Source of the DNA: Phycisphaerales bacterium
Lineage (GTDB): Bacteria > Planctomycetota > Phycisphaerae > Phycisphaerales > UBA1924
Assembly: GCA_965227775.1 (NCBI GenBank)
Contig: OZ245777.1
Location: forward strand, 2,400,001 to 2,464,000
DNA: 64,000 bases
Direction of reading: 5' to 3'
Made by a program: the position numbers and the translations under genes. Positions 58,065 through 64,000 of the stretch are shown piece by piece; within the stretch, counting starts at the first letter, position 1; the number at the start of each line of letters is the position of its first letter. The notes beneath the pieces were generated by a model that was not told the DNA's origin, searched no databases, and was given only the letters and a program-made list of their open reading frames with translations.

Positions 58065-59561
58065 TTGAACATCGAGGCATTCGAACAAGCCGCAAGCCTG
58101 ACGGTGTCCTCTGACAGCGTGCGTGCCACGCTGCGCATCGAGCCGAACGAGGGCAATGCGCAGGCCACGATCGACGCTGTTGAGGCCATCTTGACCAGCC
58201 AGGGCATCGCCGAAGATCAGCGGTCGCAGGCGGAGATCGAGAAGCTCGTGGAATCCGTCCGCAGCGACCCAGCGTCGCCCGCCGAGGCATTGGTCGCCGA
58301 AGGCGTCGCGGCGACGCATGGTACCGACGGTCGTTTCGAGATGGCTCCGGAACTCGAGCCACCAGAGCCGCCTCCGGCATCGGGGCCAGATGACTCCGCA
58401 GTCGATCACTACGCGTTCACATCCATCGTGGTTGTCCGCGAGGGTCAGACGCTGGGCGTGCTGCACGCGCCCACGGCTCCCGTGGACGGCGTCGATGTCT
58501 ACGGGGCGCCCATCAAGGCCGACCAAGGCAATGACGCTCCGATGCGGTGCGACGAGAGCGTGGACATGTTGCACGACGGCACGCTCGTTGCGCGGCAGAG
58601 TGGTTGCTTGCGGGTTGGCGAAGGCCGGATTTCTGTAGAAGCCATGCTCGAGATCGAGGACTCGGTCGACTTTGGCACCGGCAACGTGGACTTTCCCGGC
58701 GACGTCCAGGTTCGCGAGGGCATTTGCGATAAGTTCAAGGTGTTGGTGGGCGGCGATCTCGAGGTCCAGGAACTCGTCGAGGCGGCGTTCCTCGATATCG
58801 CTGGCTCGGCCGTCCTGCATCGCGGCATGACCGGGCGCAACAAGGGCACGCTCTCGGTGGGGGGCAATCTGAACGTGGGGTACCTCGACGCAACCGTCGT
58901 CCACGTTGGCCACGACCTATGCGTGCGAAAGGAGCTCTCCAACTGTACGACGACCGTGGGCCGCTATGTACGGTCGCCGGAGTGCGTGGTGGTGAGCGGA
59001 GAACTGTCGTTCCGTTTCGGGTGCCACGTGCGAACGCTGGGCGGCGAGGCCGAGACCGAAACGCTGGTACGCATCGGGTGCGATCCGGAACTGGACGCCC
59101 AGTCGAGGCTGCTCGAAAATACGCTGCAAGACACTGCCGGACAATTGGAAAAGCTCCGGGGACATATTGCTGAAGCCAGCGCCGACTTGGTCCCGAGGAT
59201 GGAAGCCGAGATTGCGCACCTCGAGGCACGCGGTCCCACCATCCGAGCGGCCCTTGAGCGTGTGTTGGCTGCGTACGAGCGCATGGCCGGCGTCGTCCTT
59301 CGCGTCGAACGGTCGATCATGCCCGGCGTCACGCTCACCATCGGCACGCAAGCGGCCACCGTTCGCCAGGCCATCCCCGGTCCGGTCGAGGTCTTGCTGG
59401 ACGAAGAAGAGACGATGGTGTTCCGCAGTCCCGGATCGAAGTCCAACACACCGCTTGCCAGCAAGGCGGTCATGCACGTGGACCGCGAGGCCATCGATCT
59501 TGACGACCTGCGTCGATGGCTGGACAGCGCACTGCTGCGACCGTCCGAGAATGCCGCCTAA
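58065..59561 (+). CDS. FapA / DUF342 family protein
   Basis: G.AATHGTDG, DG.DVYG, VDFGTGNVDFPGDV and ETLVRIG.DP. Confidence 0.85.
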   Translation: MNIEAFEQAASLTVSSDSVRATLRIEPNEGNAQATIDAVEAILTSQGIAEDQRSQAEIEKLVESVRSDPASPAEALVAEGVAATHGTDGRFEMAPELEPPEPPPASGPDDSAVDHYAFTSIVVVREGQTLGVLHAPTAPVDGVDVYGAPIKADQGNDAPMRCDESVDMLHDGTLVARQSGCLRVGEGRISVEAMLEIEDSVDFGTGNVDFPGDVQVREGICDKFKVLVGGDLEVQELVEAAFLDIAGSAVLHRGMTGRNKGTLSVGGNLNVGYLDATVVHVGHDLCVRKELSNCTTTVGRYVRSPECVVVSGELSFRFGCHVRTLGGEAETETLVRIGCDPELDAQSRLLENTLQDTAGQLEKLRGHIAEASADLVPRMEAEIAHLEARGPTIRAALERVLAAYERMAGVVLRVERSIMPGVTLTIGTQAATVRQAIPGPVEVLLDEEETMVFRSPGSKSNTPLASKAVMHVDREAIDLDDLRRWLDSALLRPSENAA

Positions 59562-59731
59562 GGGCGTGTTTCACGGCTCGACGGCCACCCGATGTTCGGG
59601 ATAACTGGTAAACCAATAGGAGGTTTCTCGTTGAATCGCCGCCGTGTGCGGGCCGATGAGTAAACCGATGAAAGTCAGTTGCCCGCTTTGAAAACCCGTG
59701 GCCTGATGTACTGGACACGGAGGCTCAAAGC

Positions 59732-60109
59732 ATGATGCGGTGGCCCTACATGAGACCCGAACCTGCCCAGCCGGACCCGAAGCAGCAGCGTCGCACCGGG
59801 CGCATTGCTCCCGAGGGCGTTCAGTGCGATCTTGGTACCGTGCTCGATCTCTCTGCCGGTGGCGTGAAGCTCAGCGGCAAGGGACACCCTCCAGGCGACG
59901 TGGGCGACAAGCTCTCACTCCGTCTCGATTGGGGCATGGGCAAGCTTGACTTCGAGGGCGTGATCACCCGCGTCGAGAAGCGGTTGTTCTTCGGTTGGGT
60001 CATGGGGGTCAAGTTCGAGAACCTCACGACCGCACGCAAGCAATCGCTCTCGAAGGCGGCCATGCTCGCGGCCAGTGGCGAGATCACCCAGTGGTCCCGG
60101 GCGAGCTGA
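59732..60109 (+). CDS. PilZ domain-containing protein
   Basis: RRTGR (RxxxR) and DLSAGG (DxSxxG) c-di-GMP-binding motifs, plus GVKF. GGAGG RBS. Confidence 0.88.
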   Translation: MMRWPYMRPEPAQPDPKQQRRTGRIAPEGVQCDLGTVLDLSAGGVKLSGKGHPPGDVGDKLSLRLDWGMGKLDFEGVITRVEKRLFFGWVMGVKFENLTTARKQSLSKAAMLAASGEITQWSRAS

Positions 60110-61187
60110 CGTCCGTGAGGTGAGCGGCGCAACGCGTCCAGATCTGCGTTGCTCTCTTCGCGTCTGCTGTTGATACGTCCATGTGGAACACGGCCCGCAC
60201 TCGGCCGTCGCCCTCGCTCAGTATGCGAACCCCGTCACGTTCGAGCAATGTGCAGAACTCGTCAGCGAGGCGCTGCTGGGTTTCCAGCGGAGCGTCGGGT
60301 GCAAGCCGGGCAAAGACGATGTTCGTGCGCACGTTTGCCGGGTCGAGTGCCATTCCCGGACACCCGGTCACTGCGTCGGCAAGCTCACGAGCGTTGGCGT
60401 GGTCATCGGTGAGCCGATCGATGTGGTGATCGAGGGCGTGGAGTGCGCCCGCCGCAATCACGCCCGACTGCCGCATGGCGCCACCAAGCAGCTTCCTCCA
60501 GCGGCGAGCGATCGCAACCGTCCTGGCATCGGAAGCCAGGGCCGAGCCAACCGGAGCACCCAGGCCCTTCGAGAAGCACACGCTCACGCTGTTGGTGCCC
60601 TCGACGAGGCGTGGCAGCGGCGTGCCGGTCGCGACGCTGGCATTCCAAATCCGGGCGCCGTCTACGTGCATCCGCAGGCCCAGTGATCTGGCTTCCTCAG
60701 CGATGGCATCAATCGCGTCGAGGTCCCACACGTGTCCGCCGCCCTTGTTGTGGGTGTTCTCGATCGCGACGAACCGGGTCGGGGGGCAGTGCTGGTCTTC
60801 GAAGCGGAAGTTTCTGCGCAGCGTCTGTGGAGTAAACTGGCCGCGCTCGCCCGGCACGAGCCGGATCGAGCATCCTGCGACAGCAGCATACCCGCCCGTC
60901 TCCCAGTGGTAGATGTGAGATTGCTCGTGGGCGACGATCTCTTCGCCCGGGTTGGTCTGCGTCTTGATCGCCAGCAAGTTGGCCATCGTGCCGCTTGGCA
61001 CAAAGATCGCAGCTTCCTTGCCAAGCATCTCGGCGACCCGGTCCTCGAGTTCGCGAACGGTCGGGTCGCCCTCTTGCACGTCGTCGCCCACTGCGGCCCG
61101 GGCCATGGCCTCGCGCATCGCACCGGTGGGCCTGGTGACCGTGTCGCTGCGAAGATCGATCGAGAGTTTTTTGTCGGCGTCGGCCAT
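60084..61187 (-). CDS. ltaE: Low-specificity L-threonine aldolase
   Basis: DLRSDTVT, VGDD, PSGTMAN, ENTHN, HVDGAR and FSKGLGAPVGS. Confidence 0.93.
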   Translation of the reverse strand: MADADKKLSIDLRSDTVTRPTGAMREAMARAAVGDDVQEGDPTVRELEDRVAEMLGKEAAIFVPSGTMANLLAIKTQTNPGEEIVAHEQSHIYHWETGGYAAVAGCSIRLVPGERGQFTPQTLRRNFRFEDQHCPPTRFVAIENTHNKGGGHVWDLDAIDAIAEEARSLGLRMHVDGARIWNASVATGTPLPRLVEGTNSVSVCFSKGLGAPVGSALASDARTVAIARRWRKLLGGAMRQSGVIAAGALHALDHHIDRLTDDHANARELADAVTGCPGMALDPANVRTNIVFARLAPDAPLETQQRLADEFCTLLERDGVRILSEGDGRVRAVFHMDVSTADAKRATQIWTRCAAHLTDVSSPGTTG

Positions 61188-61204
61188 TGGCATCTCCTGG
61201 CGGA

Positions 61205-62632
61205 TTAGGCGCTCGTTCTGCTCGGTGGGGCCGTCTCGTAGGGTTCCTCGCGAATGCGCTTGCGGACAGCGGGATCCTTGGCCAGCACAAAGAATGCAGC
61301 CGTGCCGCAACCGGCGATGAACAGGCACAGCCCGTACGTCCAGGCGCCCGGGTCGAATCCGAAGCCGGAACTCGCGGCGATCGTGTAGATCGAGACACCC
61401 AGCATCGGCGCCATGGCGCCGCGCACACCTGTGAGCGTCACGTGCACGCCCATGTACTGCGACTCGCGTCCGGGTGGCGCGAAATCGAGGTGGCCCAGGT
61501 TCCAAGCCAGCACGCCACCGGCGAACGCGATGCCCTTCGCGATCACCGCGAGCACTACGAGCCAGACCTGTTCCGTCCATACGCCGGCGATCATCAGGCC
61601 CAGATTGGCCAGGAACGCCCAGCTATGGATCGTGCGGAATCGCACGATGTGCGTATGGTCGAGAAGCCGCGCCCACATGGGGATAAAGAAGGGCATCAGG
61701 CCCATTGGGATCGAACTGGCGATGAGGATACCCGCGAGGTAGCCCAAGCCGAATTGCTCTCGGAGCACGAGCACGAGGGGTGCGCCGGCCATCATGTTGC
61801 CCATGCCCAGGAGGAACTGTGCTCCCATGAATCGCGCAAACGGGCGGTCGTCTCTCAGCGTGCGGACGACCGACCATGGGTTGAGCGAGACCGACCTGCG
61901 AGCATCGGTCTTGCGCTCTCCGCTGAGCAACGACGCCTCGTGCCGAACGCGGATCTTGGAGTAGTGCCACACGCCTACGCCCGCGATGAGCACGCCGAGC
62001 GGCAGCATGACGCGGAAGGCGCGGTCGTCAAAGTCCATGGCTTGGCCGAGCCCGAGGCCGAGCAGTGCTAGCGAGAGCACCTGGATGGTGGCGAACTTGC
62101 CGGTTATCTGCGCGCGCACGTCGCGGCGGTAGTTGTACCGCCAGACGGTCGAGCGGATGGTAACCAGCCCCGCCCAGCACATCCGCCCGCCGATGACTGC
62201 CAGCGTGGTAAGGGCCAGGCCGAGCTCGTTGCGCGGACTAATGGCGATGAGCAGCACCAGGGCCATCAGGCCGAGCTGGAGCATGTTCATGAAGCGGACC
62301 TTGGGCGAGCCGTGGCTGAGCTTGACCCACAGGAAGCTCGTGATGTTGGCCATAGCCGGGGCGGCTGCGAGCATGCCGACGGCGAAGTTGAGCAGGACGC
62401 GGTCGACGCGTTCCTCGTAGGCAACGCGCACGAGCACGCTGATAATGGCACCCTCGGTGGCCGCCAAGGCGAACGGCAGGAACACCGCCGCAAGCGCCTC
62501 TCGGCGGTAGTTGGCCCGTGCCATCTGCGGGAGCGACTGTGGCAGGAAGCTCCACAACACCCGCAACGCGACAGAGCGCGAGGCCTTGCGAGCGGGCCTC
62601 GCGTCGGGCGTGGTCGGCGTGGTGGGGCTCAC
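61205..62632 (-). CDS. MFS transporter
   Basis: About 12 hydrophobic helices with MFS-like loop motifs (WARLLDH, YMGVH..GVRG..AP). Confidence 0.82.
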   Translation of the reverse strand: MSPTTPTTPDARPARKASRSVALRVLWSFLPQSLPQMARANYRREALAAVFLPFALAATEGAIISVLVRVAYEERVDRVLLNFAVGMLAAAPAMANITSFLWVKLSHGSPKVRFMNMLQLGLMALVLLIAISPRNELGLALTTLAVIGGRMCWAGLVTIRSTVWRYNYRRDVRAQITGKFATIQVLSLALLGLGLGQAMDFDDRAFRVMLPLGVLIAGVGVWHYSKIRVRHEASLLSGERKTDARRSVSLNPWSVVRTLRDDRPFARFMGAQFLLGMGNMMAGAPLVLVLREQFGLGYLAGILIASSIPMGLMPFFIPMWARLLDHTHIVRFRTIHSWAFLANLGLMIAGVWTEQVWLVVLAVIAKGIAFAGGVLAWNLGHLDFAPPGRESQYMGVHVTLTGVRGAMAPMLGVSIYTIAASSGFGFDPGAWTYGLCLFIAGCGTAAFFVLAKDPAVRKRIREEPYETAPPSRTSA

Positions 62633-62820
62633 TGGTCATCGTTGACCGTGGATCGTCCAAGGCAAGCGCTGCGGGTTGGCCCGAGGGGATCGACGGGCAT
62701 CCTCAGCCCGGTTCCGGGCCGTGCGCGATCTACAATGACAGCTTCGGGGCGGGCCCCGATCGGCCACCGTACCCGAATCAGCATCAGTAGCACCTTGCCC
62801 AGCCGGAGCACCACGACCGC

Positions 62821-64000
62821 ATGGACGCCCAGATCCGCAACTTCTCCATCATCGCCCACATCGACCACGGCAAGAGCACGCTGGCCGATCGGCTGCTGCA
62901 GGCTACCAACGCGGTGAGCGAACGCGAGCGGCGCGAGCAGACCCTGGACAACATGGAGTTGGAGCGCGAGCGGGGCATCACCATCAAGGCGTCGGCCGTG
63001 ACCGTCATGCACCAGCACGACGGCAAGCCCTACATGCTGAACTTCATCGACACGCCGGGCCACGTCGATTTCGGATACGAGGTCAGCCGGGCACTCAAGG
63101 CGTGCGAGGGCGCGATCCTTGTGGTCGATGCCAGCCAGGGCGTCGAAGCTCAGACGATCGTGAACGCATACCTCGCGGTCGCCCAGGATCTCGAAATCGT
63201 GCCCGTGCTCAACAAGATCGATCTGCCAGGTGCGCTCCCGGACGAGATCGCGATGGAGGTCGAGCAGGCCCTGGGCTTCCCGGCCGAGGATTGCTTGCGC
63301 GTGAGCGCCAAGAGCGGCATTGGCATCCCCGAATTGCTCGACGCGATCTGTGAGCGTCTGCCAGCACCTCGCGAGAGCCAGATGAAGCAGACGCGGGCTC
63401 TGATCTTCGACGCTGTGTACGACGATTATCGTGGCGTCATCGTGTACATCCGCCTCTTCGACGGCTCGCTGAAGGTTGGCGACAAGATCCGCATGATGGG
63501 TCTCGGTCGCACGTTCGCCGTCACCGAGCTTGGCAAATACACACCAAAGCCCACCAAGACCAAGGAGCTCAAGGCTGGCGAGACCGGCTACCTCATTGCC
63601 GCCATCAAGACGCTTGGCGATGTGCGTGTCGGCGACACCATCACGCTCGACATCGATCCCGCTCAGGAACCGCTGGAAGGCTATGAGCCGCCGCGGCAGA
63701 TGGTGTTCTGCGACTTCTACCCCGCCACGAGCGAGAAGAAGGGCAACGACTTCGAGAGCCTGCGCGAGGCAATCGAGAAGCTGAGCCTCAACGACGCGGC
63801 CTTCACCTTCCAGCCCGTACACAGCGAGGCCCTGGGCTTTGGCTACCGCTGCGGCTTCCTTGGCCTCTTGCACATGGACATCATCCAGGAGCGGCTGGAG
63901 CGCGAGGGCGGTGTCGAGGTCGTGCAGACCGCGCCCACGGTGAGCTACCTCGTCGATATCCGCACCAAGGGCGGCGAGCGGGACACCGTCGAGGTGCATA
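62821..64000 (+). CDS. lepA: Elongation factor 4 (partial, runs off the window end)
   Basis: Not in the ORF track. Manual translation: MDAQIRNFSIIAHIDHGKSTLADRLL..ERERGITIK..DTPGHVDF..NKID..LSLNDA..GYRCGFLGLLHM. Confidence 0.97.
   Translation, partial: MDAQIRNFSIIAHIDHGKSTLADRLLQATNAVSERERREQTLDNMELERERGITIKASAVTVMHQHDGKPYMLNFIDTPGHVDFGYEVSRALKACEGAILVVDASQGVEAQTIVNAYLAVAQDLEIVPVLNKIDLPGALPDEIAMEVEQALGFPAEDCLRVSAKSGIGIPELLDAICERLPAPRESQMKQTRALIFDAVYDDYRGVIVYIRLFDGSLKVGDKIRMMGLGRTFAVTELGKYTPKPTKTKELKAGETGYLIAAIKTLGDVRVGDTITLDIDPAQEPLEGYEPPRQMVFCDFYPATSEKKGNDFESLREAIEKLSLNDAAFTFQPVHSEALGFGYRCGFLGLLHMDIIQERLEREGGVEVVQTAPTVSYLVDIRTKGGERDTVEVH

Noticed and set aside
59600..59731. c-di-GMP-I riboswitch upstream of the PilZ gene (GTAAACC..GAAA)
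   Set aside because: The GGGACGCAAAGCC-type core and P2 pairing are absent, so the resemblance is only superficial.
60084..60109. 26-bp convergent overlap of pilZ and ltaE
   Set aside because: Short 3' overlaps are common in compact high-GC genomes, and nothing suggests a function.
62629..63999. 456-aa minus-strand ORF
   Set aside because: Antisense shadow of lepA, which the ORF track missed because it has no stop codon inside the window.

Overview
High-GC bacterial chromosomal window, most likely a Planctomycetota (Phycisphaerales-like) genome. This is inferred from three proteins ending in the paired DxDGDGxLTIFDF..FQNxFDAGC (GC-type dockerin) domain, a short PheT and the VWA/MoxR operon style. 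Gene order: partial HDOD protein and HTH-REC regulator; tsaB, arfB, an outer-membrane beta-barrel, leuS and pheT; a beta-helix/dockerin protein; an orphan HscA-like Hsp70; a 10-gene type II secretion/pseudopilus operon with no secretin or ATPase in the window; phoH2 and DUF456; a C30-carotenoid-type modification trio (CrtP-like oxidase, acyltransferase, GT2); TolC; a GH35 fold protein with altered catalytic residues; an accessory segment (GH141-like beta-helix, a ~500-nt hairpin-dense intergenic region, an FN3-like gene with an in-frame TGA, a truncated FG-GAP/dockerin chimera); M48 peptidase and LemA; an iodotyrosine deiodinase-like nitroreductase; a VWA-MoxR-DUF58-BatA-ABC operon with two intercalated orphan genes; a CheX/CheY/FapA/PilZ module; ltaE, an MFS transporter and partial lepA. 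No rRNA, tRNA, CRISPR array, integrase or transposase was recognised. All product calls come from reading motifs by eye, not from database searches. The best candidates for undescribed biology are the structured intergenic region with its FN3 gene, the VWA/MoxR/ABC operon with cassette-like insertions, the GH35 pseudo-enzyme, and a possible link between the T2SS and dockerin-tagged proteins.
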